From: Microgenomates group bacterium Gr01-1014_5
GTDB lineage: Bacteria; Patescibacteriota; Microgenomatia; UBA8517; UBA10165
Assembly: GCA_007376395.1 (NCBI GenBank)
Contig: VMGE01000004.1
Coordinates: 70,431 to 134,430 of the forward strand
Length of the DNA stretch: 64,000 nt
Reading direction: 5' to 3'
Below are positions 1-8,057 of the stretch, piece by piece; position 1 is the stretch's first letter, and each line of letters starts with the position of its first letter. The notes under the pieces are model-generated. The model saw only the letters and a program-made list of their open reading frames with translations. It made no database searches and was not told the DNA's origin. A program made the translations under genes and the position numbers.

Positions 1-1
1 A

Positions 2-937
2 GAGCTTTTAGACCGAGCCGAATCCGAGGTCTTTTCTCTAACACAACAGCATGTTGACCGCGCTTTTACGCCAGTCCGTGCAACGCTCGCAGAGTCGTTC
101 GACAGATTAGACGAACTGCACAAAAGTCCGGGGGGATTGCGCGGCGTACCCTCTGGTTTTTCAAGTATTGACGACGCGCTCGCCGGTTTTCAAAAGTCTA
201 ATTTAATTATACTTGCGGCCCGTCCCGGTATGGGAAAGACGGCGCTTGCCCTAAACATTGCCCAGCATATCGCGGTTGTGGAAAAACGCTCGGTCGGCTT
301 TTTTTCACTTGAAATGAGCAAAGAAGAATTGGTTGACCGACTACTCGTTTCGCAAGCTAATATTGACGCCTGGAGGCTCAAGACCGGCAGGTTAAACGAG
401 GATGATTTTACCAGGCTTTCTGACGCAATGGGAATTCTTGCCGACGCACCTTTCTTTATCGATGACACTCCGGCAATGACTTGTTTGGAGATGCGCACAA
501 AAGCCCGCCGCCTGCAGGTCGAAAAAGGTTTGGATCTATTGGTTGTTGATTATTTGCAGTTGGCACGGGGCAGGAGTATGGATAATAGGGTGCAGGAAGT
601 TTCGGAAATCTCTCAAGGATTAAAAAATCTTGCCCGTGAGCTGAAAGTGCCGGTCATTGCCATTTCTCAGTTAAACCGTTCTGTTGAATCCAGGGGGTCA
701 AGAAAGCCGCAGTTGGCGGATCTGCGCGAGTCAGGGGCAATTGAGCAAGACGCCGATGTGGTCATGTTTTTGTGGCGGGAGGAAGAAGATGATTTGGAAA
801 ATTGTATACTAGACGTCGCCAAGCACAGAAACGGGCCCTTAAAAACAATTAAATTGCACTTCAAAGGCGACCGTATCCGTTTCTTTGAGCGGGAGACTAA
901 ACACGCTGTAAATTCTGCTACTCAAGAGGGGAAATAA
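2..937 (+). CDS. dnaB: Replicative DNA helicase DnaB, C-terminal RecA-like domain (5' end outside window)
   Basis: Frame is open from window start; Walker A AARPGMGKTALALNIA, Walker B LLVVDYLQL, DnaB-type H4 motifs; ORF track 137..937 is the same frame. Confidence 0.9.
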   Translation, partial: ELLDRAESEVFSLTQQHVDRAFTPVRATLAESFDRLDELHKSPGGLRGVPSGFSSIDDALAGFQKSNLIILAARPGMGKTALALNIAQHIAVVEKRSVGFFSLEMSKEELVDRLLVSQANIDAWRLKTGRLNEDDFTRLSDAMGILADAPFFIDDTPAMTCLEMRTKARRLQVEKGLDLLVVDYLQLARGRSMDNRVQEVSEISQGLKNLARELKVPVIAISQLNRSVESRGSRKPQLADLRESGAIEQDADVVMFLWREEEDDLENCILDVAKHRNGPLKTIKLHFKGDRIRFFERETKHAVNSATQEGK

Positions 938-1376
938 CGCTTGTCGAGTGTTCAACACGTTCTTTGAAGTCTTCAGCTAATTTAGCAGACACGTCGTACT
1001 GGTCGACATCTTCAAATTTGGGCGAACCTAGACGAGATATATGGTATGTTTCGCCAAAGCTCCAGCCCAGCGAATCGTCCTGTCCAAGAGGAGCCTGGGG
1101 AACAATAACCCAAACGCGTTTTTCTAGAGTGTTGTTGGGTAATTCTACGCAATGTGGAACAAAAATCGGGGTTCTGCCTTCTACGACCAAAGCTTCAATA
1201 GCCCCCGGCTCTCTCAAGTCTAAAACCGGGCTGTGTATAGGAGATTCTACGCTCATTGAGCCGATTAAAGCATATTGATGTTGCTCATTTTGATGAACTT
1301 CGCCGTCGGGAAAGGCTTGAGGAGATTTATGCCGAGGAAAAAAGAAAACGTGAAGAGATACAAAGAAATATACCAT
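918..1376 (-). CDS. Hypothetical protein (possibly shorter, start near 1256)
   Basis: 152 aa ORF on minus strand, protein-like C-terminal half (GSPKFEDVDQYDVSAKLAEDFKERVEH); overlaps dnaB 3' end by 20 nt; no recognisable family. Confidence 0.3.
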   Translation of the reverse strand: MVYFFVSLHVFFFPRHKSPQAFPDGEVHQNEQHQYALIGSMSVESPIHSPVLDLREPGAIEALVVEGRTPIFVPHCVELPNNTLEKRVWVIVPQAPLGQDDSLGWSFGETYHISRLGSPKFEDVDQYDVSAKLAEDFKERVEHSTSVISPLE

Positions 1377-1903
1377 TGTGGTTAATACCGAGTTTAACCA
1401 GTGAACCGGACGAAGAGTTAAAAAATGAACTCAGTCGCAGGTATCCTTACGATATTGCTTTTCGTAGTCAAGATGTGACCAGGAACCACTACTATTATGG
1501 CCCACTTTTTAAAAAAATGTTTGAAAATTTAAACTTTCCGCCTACAACCAGGTCAATTCGGAATTCAGCAGCTCCTCCAGCTGAAAATAAAATACTATTT
1601 AAACAGTTTAATCTTTTGTGCACAAATTGGACTAAACCATACAAATTATATCAATTTAGTGATGATTTCGAAGTTCCTAAAGATAGAGTTGATTGGTTAC
1701 TAAATGATAGTAATTCTATTGATGCTGTTCGTATAGTTCAGCTAAGGTTGAAACAATTAGGATTAGAAAGTGCAAAAAGTGATTTCCTTCTTTCTACTTT
1801 AGAAAGCCTAGGTCTCGGCTTATTACACACAGAAGAAGAAAGCGGTGTTGTATTAGGTTATAGTATGATGAGATTTGTGCAGGGAACTGTTTACTCCTGC
1901 TAA
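1256..1903 (+). CDS. Hypothetical protein in AT-rich segment
   Basis: 215 aa ORF with TTG start in ORF track; charged N-terminus; GC drops sharply after ~1380. Confidence 0.4.
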   Translation: MSRLKHIDVAHFDELRRRERLEEIYAEEKRKREEIQRNIPLWLIPSLTSEPDEELKNELSRRYPYDIAFRSQDVTRNHYYYGPLFKKMFENLNFPPTTRSIRNSAAPPAENKILFKQFNLLCTNWTKPYKLYQFSDDFEVPKDRVDWLLNDSNSIDAVRIVQLRLKQLGLESAKSDFLLSTLESLGLGLLHTEEESGVVLGYSMMRFVQGTVYSC

Positions 1904-1941
1904 CGTTGACAACTATCTTATAGTCTGATATTATCTGCTAA

Positions 1942-2262
1942 ATGGCGGCTGAATTCGAGAAACTAAGGTGCGAAATGGTAGAAAAGTCAGAACAAGTTCG
2001 TGCTTCTGGTCAAGGAAAAAATGCTGAATATCTGCCTCTCTTCTCGGGAATAACCTTTGAACAAATAGCGTTCCACCCCGATCAAATTACAGACGACACT
2101 AAAGTTTTTATAGGATCCCTCATCTATTACGATTCAGAAGGAAAATTAGTCAGAATCTTTGATAAATTAAAAAACGTCAAAAATATTTATACATCCTTTC
2201 CTGAAGGGAGAGTTCCAAGAATTAGGGTTAGAACTTTGCCCAGCCGAAGTTGGCGCATATAA
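1942..2262 (+). CDS. Hypothetical protein, possibly frameshifted (reading frame continues in +1 frame to ~2479)
   Basis: 106 aa ORF whose last ~17 residues look out of frame; a second frame is open from ~2171 to stop at 2477-2479 with protein-like sequence. Confidence 0.35.
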   Translation: MAAEFEKLRCEMVEKSEQVRASGQGKNAEYLPLFSGITFEQIAFHPDQITDDTKVFIGSLIYYDSEGKLVRIFDKLKNVKNIYTSFPEGRVPRIRVRTLPSRSWRI

Positions 2263-2616
2263 AAGACTTGTCGACACAAATCAACAACAAAGTGCCGGGT
2301 ATTTTATCGGCATGGAACCTATTTATCATGGAGGTCTGCTCACACTTTTTAACCTCAATGTTAAGAATGATGAAAGTGGTTTATCTCACAAGTTAATATT
2401 GTCGAATATAAGTAATATTTATATTCCACGGGATCCTGATGACGAATTCGTCTTTTGTATGCCAAGAGCGAAAAATTGACGCACCCATCGTTAATGAATA
2501 AAGAAACGGGAGTCGAACACTATGCTCAAGCAACTCACTTGGGGCTTTCTTGCACTTCTATTTAGAACTCGTCACCCTTGAGCCTAGACCTGGTAAATGG
2601 TAAAATATACTACTAG

Positions 2617-2703
2617 GCCGGGGTGGTGGAACGGCAGACACGCACGCCTCAAGAGCGTGTAATCGCATAGATTGTGAGAGTTCGAATCTCTCCCCCGGCA
2701 CCA
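2617..2703 (+). tRNA. tRNA-Leu (anticodon CAA)
   Basis: Cloverleaf read by hand: acceptor GCCGGGG/CCCCGGC, U8, anticodon stem CACGC/GCGTG, loop CUCAAGA (U33, anticodon CAA, G37), long variable arm, T-arm GAGAG-TTCGAAT-CTCTC, discriminator A, encoded CCA. Confidence 0.85.
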
Positions 2704-2825
2704 CGTAGGAATTTGCAAGCGGCTTTGGTTCGCCTCGCGGAGTTTATCCCGCTTTTGGCGGGACTCGGCGACTGATTCGTATTCAATTTTTAGGGAAGAG
2801 GATTTTTAACTCGAATAATAAAGAT

Positions 2826-3380
2826 ATGATTCCCGTAACAGAACTAAGAAAAGGTGTGACGTTTGAGTTTGGGGGCTCGCCTTATAAAGTTTTAGAGTAT
2901 CATCACATTAAGGTCGGGCGTGGAGGAGCCACAATCCGTGTTTCTGTGCGCAATTTAGTTAACGGGGGAACTGAGGAAAAAACCTTCAATAACGGGGCTT
3001 CCGTTAAATCCATTAATACGGTTAAAAGACGCCTGCAATATCTGTACGAGGCTGAAAATGCAGTTTTTATGGACCCAAAAACTTTTGAACAAGTAGAAAT
3101 AGGAAAAACAGCAATTAACCAGGAGTTAGTCTATTTAAAAGAAGGGCAACAAACCGATGTGCTTTTTTGGGAAGAGCGCGCTTTGGGAATAGAACTTCCG
3201 CCCAACGTAACGCTAACTGTAACCGAGGCGGATCCGGGAGTGAAGGGCAACAGCGCGTCTAATTTTTATAAACCTGCAAAGCTGGAAAACGGACTTCAAG
3301 TGAAAGTCCCGCTGTTTATTAAAGTGGGGGAGAAAGTGCGCGTTGATACCCGTACAGGACAATATGTTGAGAGAGCATAA
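2826..3380 (+). CDS. efp: Translation elongation factor P
   Basis: 184 aa; N-terminal KGVTFEFGGSPYKVLEYHHIKVGRGGATIRV and C-terminal OB domains typical of EF-P. Confidence 0.9.
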   Translation: MIPVTELRKGVTFEFGGSPYKVLEYHHIKVGRGGATIRVSVRNLVNGGTEEKTFNNGASVKSINTVKRRLQYLYEAENAVFMDPKTFEQVEIGKTAINQELVYLKEGQQTDVLFWEERALGIELPPNVTLTVTEADPGVKGNSASNFYKPAKLENGLQVKVPLFIKVGEKVRVDTRTGQYVERA

Positions 3381-3452
3381 TCGGGTTACCAGGTGCCAGG
3401 TTACCGGGTTATCTGGTTTCGGGTTGTTAGGTTTCCAGATTATCAGGTAAGA

Positions 3453-3833
3453 TTGGTTGTGGCGATTAAAGATGTTAAAGACTTGAGGGTTTATCAGCTC
3501 GCTTTAGAACTGTTAGAAGTAGTTTACCAAACAGTTTATAAAATTCCCCATCTTAAACTTAGAACTCAACTTACTAAATCTGCCGAAGCTATAGCACCCC
3601 TAATAAGTGAAGGTTTTTCCAAAAGAAGAAATCCTAAAGAGACTGCTAGGTTTTATGAAATGGCTATGGCTGAAAGCGATGAGGTACTAACTCATCTAGA
3701 GGAAGCAATTATACTCTCAAAAACTCTGCGTACAATTCCCAGAGTCGAGTGTGAGATATTATTAGAAAGATACACAACACTATCGAAGCAGCTTAATAAA
3801 TTATTCAGTGCTTGGAAAAAATTTTCAGCCTGA
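3453..3833 (+). CDS. Four-helix-bundle protein (23S rRNA intervening-sequence protein family)
   Basis: DLRVYQLALELLEVVYQ...LTKSAEAIAPLISEGFSKRRNPKETARFYEMAMAESDEVLTHLEEA matches TIGR02436-like family; ORF track starts at 3393 but likely TTG/GTG start near 3453-3459 after AGGTAAG. Confidence 0.55.
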   Translation: MVVAIKDVKDLRVYQLALELLEVVYQTVYKIPHLKLRTQLTKSAEAIAPLISEGFSKRRNPKETARFYEMAMAESDEVLTHLEEAIILSKTLRTIPRVECEILLERYTTLSKQLNKLFSAWKKFSA

Positions 3834-3880
3834 TTTTCCGAGAACCTGATTGCCTGGTACCTGAAAACCCGATAATCTGT

Positions 3881-4339
3881 TTAGAATACCCACGCGAAGA
3901 CGGCGGCTAAGAGCAGAACTTGGGTTAGAATGCCCAAGAACGGAGGAGCGTCGTTTTGAATACTTTTCTGAAACTTCAAAAGCTTCTCAATTGGCCAAAT
4001 CCTTAAACTGGTAAGAAAATGCGGAGCTTCCAAAACATCCGGCAGAACTCCCATAAACGCTCCTGTAATTACATACATGAATTTAGTTTGGTCGGGAAGA
4101 ACAGTTGAGGCAATAAGCAGGCCACCGGCCAAACTCAAAAAAACGTCAGTGGCAATGAAGGTCAAGGTTTTATTTGAGAGACGGCCGAATTTATTCAGCT
4201 CGGTATTCAAATGGGGATTCCAATGGGGGAGAAGATCGAGAGCAAAATGGCTCGCGAGGGCTAAGGGCAGTGAAAGCGCAGGATTGCCGATTTTAGCTGC
4301 AATTGCCGCACCTACTATTGTGTGTGGTAACTCAAGCAC
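3881..4339 (-). CDS. Small inner-membrane protein, YdjM/DUF457-like metal-dependent hydrolase candidate
   Basis: 152 aa, 4 predicted TM helices, N-terminal LPHTIVGAAIA motif. Confidence 0.35.
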   Translation of the reverse strand: MLELPHTIVGAAIAAKIGNPALSLPLALASHFALDLLPHWNPHLNTELNKFGRLSNKTLTFIATDVFLSLAGGLLIASTVLPDQTKFMYVITGAFMGVLPDVLEAPHFLTSLRIWPIEKLLKFQKSIQNDAPPFLGILTQVLLLAAVFAWVF

Positions 4340-4365
4340 GTTAAATCTGATAATATATTCTTACT

Positions 4366-5019
4366 GTGTGGATGTCAACGTTGGTAATTACATTTTTTAA
4401 TTTTGTTTCCATTTTTGCTTTTTCTTATGTTTTGTGGAAAAAGCTTAAGGAGGATTATCACCACGATACAATCTTTAAATTTACTTTAACGATTTTATTT
4501 GGAGCCGGCGCGGGCTGGTGGGTCGGAGAAAGCTGGGCAAAAGATTTTGTTTTTTGGCTGGTTTTTGCAGGCGGGGGAGGCGCAGGATACTTATATCTGC
4601 AAAGACTAAACTTAAAGTTTTTCGAGATAATAGACGCGATCTCTCTTGGCACTTTTTATTTCCTTTTTTTACTTTACCTCGGCCGTTCAATAGTCCTTTT
4701 TGCTTTACCTAATTACTTTTTTATCGCACACGCCGCACTTTCGGTGTTGCTGATTTTTTTATACGCTTATTTCATAAGAAACTACCGCGGATTCCGCTGG
4801 TACCCTTCAGGGAAAGTGGGGTTTGCCGGCTTGTTTACACTCTCCTTATTCTTCTTGGGACACGGCTTAAGCGCTTTGGTAAAGCATTTCCAAGACCCTG
4901 TAATTTTCTTCCAATATTCACCCTTGTCTTTGAGCGCGGAGGTTGTTAATGTTATACTTTCATTGTCCTTATCTGGAATTCTTGCTTGGGTTTTATATAC
5001 CCGTTCGGGTAGAAGGTAA
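4366..5019 (+). CDS. Hypothetical polytopic membrane protein
   Basis: 217 aa, multiple hydrophobic helices, Gly-rich GAGAGWWVGESW and AGGGGAGY segments. Confidence 0.4.
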   Translation: MWMSTLVITFFNFVSIFAFSYVLWKKLKEDYHHDTIFKFTLTILFGAGAGWWVGESWAKDFVFWLVFAGGGGAGYLYLQRLNLKFFEIIDAISLGTFYFLFLLYLGRSIVLFALPNYFFIAHAALSVLLIFLYAYFIRNYRGFRWYPSGKVGFAGLFTLSLFFLGHGLSALVKHFQDPVIFFQYSPLSLSAEVVNVILSLSLSGILAWVLYTRSGRR

Positions 5020-5022
5020 AAA

Positions 5023-5439
5023 ATGGCAAAAAAATTGAAAAAAGTAATTAGCAACGGAGACAGCAGGCCAGCCGTAATACGAATTCCGGCAAAACTCCTT
5101 TCTCCAATAGGTAAGTTATTAAGCGGCCAATTGCAATCTTTAGAGCGCAGACGCCGCGGTTTAGACAGCGATGATCCTTTTATAACCGGTCGGGAAGACA
5201 GTCTGGCGTCACCTGATACAAACGCGGCCGAGCAATTTGGACACGCAAGAATTGAAGCAGTTAAAAAAGAAATCGACCGCAGGCTTATCCAAATGCGCAA
5301 AGCTTTGGCTCGTATTAAAGTCGGCAGTTATGGAATTTGTGAGGAGTGCGGACAGATGATTGACACAGACCGCTTAATGGTTTTTGCCGAAGCGACACTA
5401 TGTGTAAATTGTGAGAAAAGAAAAGAAAGGTCGAAATAA
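5023..5439 (+). CDS. DksA/TraR-family C4 zinc-finger protein
   Basis: C-terminal CEECGQMIDTDRLMVFAEATLCVNCE four-Cys zinc finger preceded by coiled-coil region. Confidence 0.7.
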   Translation: MAKKLKKVISNGDSRPAVIRIPAKLLSPIGKLLSGQLQSLERRRRGLDSDDPFITGREDSLASPDTNAAEQFGHARIEAVKKEIDRRLIQMRKALARIKVGSYGICEECGQMIDTDRLMVFAEATLCVNCEKRKERSK

Positions 5440-6280
5440 GCGGAGCTTGCTGCTTCGCAGTAAGAAGGTAAAAACAACTGTGACTCCTAACATCCTCTTT
5501 GAAGATTCTGTTGTTTTAGTAGTAGATAAGCCGGCTGGCTTGGTGGTGAATCGCGCTGAGTCTGTAAAAGAACCAACGCTTCAGGATTGGGTTATAAATA
5601 ATTTTCAATTTTCAATTTTCAATTTTCAAGACGGAATAACTGAATTTGAAAAAAGGTCGGGGATTGTTCACAGGATTGATAAAGAGACGAGCGGAGTATT
5701 GCTTGTTGCCAAAACTCCGGAGGCGTTTGTAGAACTGCAAAGGCAATTTAAGGAGCGCGAGATAGAAAAGACTTATATCGCACTTGTCCACGGCAAGTTT
5801 GAGCGCGAGCAGGGGGTAATTAATGCTTCGGTAGGCAGGCTTCCATGGAATAGAGAGCGTTTTGGTATTTTGCCTGGCGGAAGAGAGGCAGAAACCAGAT
5901 ATAAGGTCGTAAAGAATTACGACAAAGTCGCAAGCTCAGCTTATGAATTAAGAATTAAGAATAACGGTAGGGATAAAGCGCATAATTCATTATTCAAGAT
6001 TCATGATTCGTATTCTTTGGTAGAATTTTACCCAAAAACCGGTAGGACACACCAAATTAGAGTACACGCAAAATATCTTCACCACGCCCTGGTTAGTGAT
6101 ACTTTTTATGCCGGCCGCAAAACTTCGCGCCGCGACCGAGAATGGTGTCCGCGTCTTTTTCTCCACGCGGCAAAAATAAGTTTTACCCATCCGGAAACAA
6201 AAGAGAGGGTCGTGATCGAATCTCTATTGCCTGGAGATTTGCAATCGGCATTGTCACACCTCGGAGGCGTAAATCCTTAG
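5411..6280 (+). CDS. RluA-family 23S rRNA/tRNA pseudouridine synthase
   Basis: VVDKPAGLVV, HRIDKETSGVLLVAKT catalytic Asp motif, HQIRVH; start likely downstream of 5411 (overlaps dksA-like stop); contains in-frame heptamer repeat insertion. Confidence 0.8.
   Translation: MRKEKKGRNKRSLLLRSKKVKTTVTPNILFEDSVVLVVDKPAGLVVNRAESVKEPTLQDWVINNFQFSIFNFQDGITEFEKRSGIVHRIDKETSGVLLVAKTPEAFVELQRQFKEREIEKTYIALVHGKFEREQGVINASVGRLPWNRERFGILPGGREAETRYKVVKNYDKVASSAYELRIKNNGRDKAHNSLFKIHDSYSLVEFYPKTGRTHQIRVHAKYLHHALVSDTFYAGRKTSRRDREWCPRLFLHAAKISFTHPETKERVVIESLLPGDLQSALSHLGGVNP
5600..5628 (+). repeat. Heptanucleotide microsatellite (ATTTTCA)x4 inside RluA-family CDS
   Basis: aattttcaattttcaattttcaattttca read directly; encodes NNFQFSIFNFQ insertion. 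Confidence 0.8.
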
Positions 6281-6290
6281 GTGCAAACCT

Positions 6291-6328
6291 AATCCACACC
6301 GGGTGTGGAATAGCTTGGCACATCGGGA
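6291..6328. repeat. Dispersed intergenic element copy A: 21-bp palindrome AATCCACACC-G-GGTGTGGAAT plus GCACATCGGGA
   Basis: Seen directly; second copy at 15044-15081 with identical spacing. Confidence 0.8.
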
Positions 6329-6368
6329 GAACTTGTACTACTTTTACTACTTGTGCTACTTTTAGTTA

Positions 6369-8057
6369 GTGTCAATTTTTCTCGCGGTTAGTATAGGCAT
6401 AATTACTGCGGCTTTCTTCGGCTTCATAGCCCGGCTTTTTCGCCAGCCGCCGATTGTTGGCTATCTCTTTGCCGGACTGGCGCTTGCTTTATTGGGAGTC
6501 TTTAGCGACGATCAGAAACCCCTCTTGCAAACTATGGCACAGCTCGGGGTAACGTTCTTGCTTTTCCTCATCGGATTAGAAATAAACTTGCGGGAACTAG
6601 CCTCAATTGGCAGAGTGGTAATCCTTGGCGGGATAGGGCAGATCTTCTTTACTTCACTTGCCGGTTACTTTATAGCGGCACTTTTAGGATTTAGCACAAT
6701 TGAGTCATTATATATCGCCGTAGCTCTTACTTTTTCTTCCACCATAGTTGTCGTCAAACTGCTTTCTGAGAAAAAAGACCTGGACAGTTTATATGGCAAA
6801 ATAACAGTGGGATTTTTGCTGGTACAGGATATTGCGGCTATCCTCACCCTTGTTTTTCTCTCAGGTTTCCAAACAGCCAGCTTCGAGCCCTTAACTTTCT
6901 TTTGGGTTTTAGTCAAAGGTGTTGGGCTTCTCGCAGTGGTTTACCTTTTGTCTAAATTTGTTTTGACTCGTGTTTTTGACCGGGTTGCTGCGACTTCTGT
7001 TGAGTTGTTGTTTGTCTCGAGCATTGGCTGGATGCTGGGAGTAGCCTCAGTAGTTAGTCTGCCGCAAATTGGATTTACACCCGAGATTGGCGGTTTACTG
7101 GCCGGAGTTGCCTTGGCAAATTCTTCCGCACATTTACAAATAGCCTCACGGGTTAAACCCCTGCGGGACTTTTTTATTACCATCTTTTTCCTGCTTTTAG
7201 GAACCAAAATGGTAGTAGGCTTAAATCCTCAAGTGATAATTCCAGCCTTAATTTTATCAGTATTTGTGGTCGTTGGGGGGCCGCTTATTGTTTTAGGATT
7301 ACTAGGATTATTAGGACACAAGAAACGTACTTCATTTTTATCAGCGGTAACTTTTGCTCAGGTTTCTGAATTTTCTTTAATCCTCATCGCTTTTGGGCGG
7401 AACTTGGGCCACGTTTCGGAGTTTGTAGTAGGGCTGGTAACTTTGGTTGCCGTAATTACTATGATAACCTCCACTTATTTGATCATCAACGGTTATAGAC
7501 TTTATTTAATACTTGCGCCTATTTTGGGAATATTTGAACGCAAGAAAATTCGCGAGACCGCGCTTTCAATAAACCGCGAGTTCGCCGAACACGTTGTCTT
7601 GCTTGGGTGCGACAGGCTAGGCAGAAGAGTTTTGCCGCTTTTAGAGAAAAAGGAAAAGAATGTCGTTGTTATCGATTTTAACCCCAGAGTGGTTTCTGAG
7701 CTTGTAGCCCAAAATCATCAAGCGTATTATGGAGATGCATCTGACATCGAGACTTTAGAGAGTTTGAGTCTTCCCCAGGCAAGGTTAATTGTTTCAACGA
7801 CCGGGAGTCTCGAAGACAATTTAATTGTGCTTGAATATTTAGGCAAACTCGAAAAGCCTCCGCTTTCAATTTTTGCTGCCGCAACTCCCCAAGAAGCCTT
7901 AACCCTTTACGAAAAAGGCGCAGACTATGTAATAGTACCCCAAGTGGCGGCAGGCGACCACCTAGCTCATCTCCTGAGTGTACACGGCATTAATAAAAAC
8001 CACTTCAAAGTACTGCGGGAACGTCACTTCGACCGCCTTGCAAAAGATCGGTTTTAA
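6369..8057 (+). CDS. Kef-type cation:proton antiporter (CPA2) with C-terminal TrkA-N/RCK domain
   Basis: 562 aa, 12-13 TM helices, Na_H exchanger family; C-terminal HVVLLGCDRLGRRV Rossmann (RCK) domain. Confidence 0.8.
   Translation: MSIFLAVSIGIITAAFFGFIARLFRQPPIVGYLFAGLALALLGVFSDDQKPLLQTMAQLGVTFLLFLIGLEINLRELASIGRVVILGGIGQIFFTSLAGYFIAALLGFSTIESLYIAVALTFSSTIVVVKLLSEKKDLDSLYGKITVGFLLVQDIAAILTLVFLSGFQTASFEPLTFFWVLVKGVGLLAVVYLLSKFVLTRVFDRVAATSVELLFVSSIGWMLGVASVVSLPQIGFTPEIGGLLAGVALANSSAHLQIASRVKPLRDFFITIFFLLLGTKMVVGLNPQVIIPALILSVFVVVGGPLIVLGLLGLLGHKKRTSFLSAVTFAQVSEFSLILIAFGRNLGHVSEFVVGLVTLVAVITMITSTYLIINGYRLYLILAPILGIFERKKIRETALSINREFAEHVVLLGCDRLGRRVLPLLEKKEKNVVVIDFNPRVVSELVAQNHQAYYGDASDIETLESLSLPQARLIVSTTGSLEDNLIVLEYLGKLEKPPLSIFAAATPQEALTLYEKGADYVIVPQVAAGDHLAHLLSVHGINKNHFKVLRERHFDRLAKDRF

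Noticed and set aside
121-136. AAAGTCCGG string resembling the RNase P RNA conserved core
   Set aside because: It lies inside the dnaB reading frame (codes HKSPGG). No surrounding RNase P helices.
964-1278. 104-aa plus-strand ORF after dnaB
   Set aside because: Ser/Thr-rich implausible translation. The minus-strand ORF 918..1376 is the better, though still weak, candidate.
2617-2703. tRNA-Leu as attachment site of an integrative element
   Set aside because: No integrase and no direct repeat of the tRNA 3' end were found. The AT-rich DNA lies 5' of the tRNA while the core gene efp follows the 3' end. Kept only as a weak possibility under the finding at 1256-2616.
5600-5628. Short tandem repeats (here and at 56325-56350) as possible CRISPR or minisatellite arrays
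   Set aside because: Units are 7 nt with no spacers. These are microsatellites, not CRISPR.
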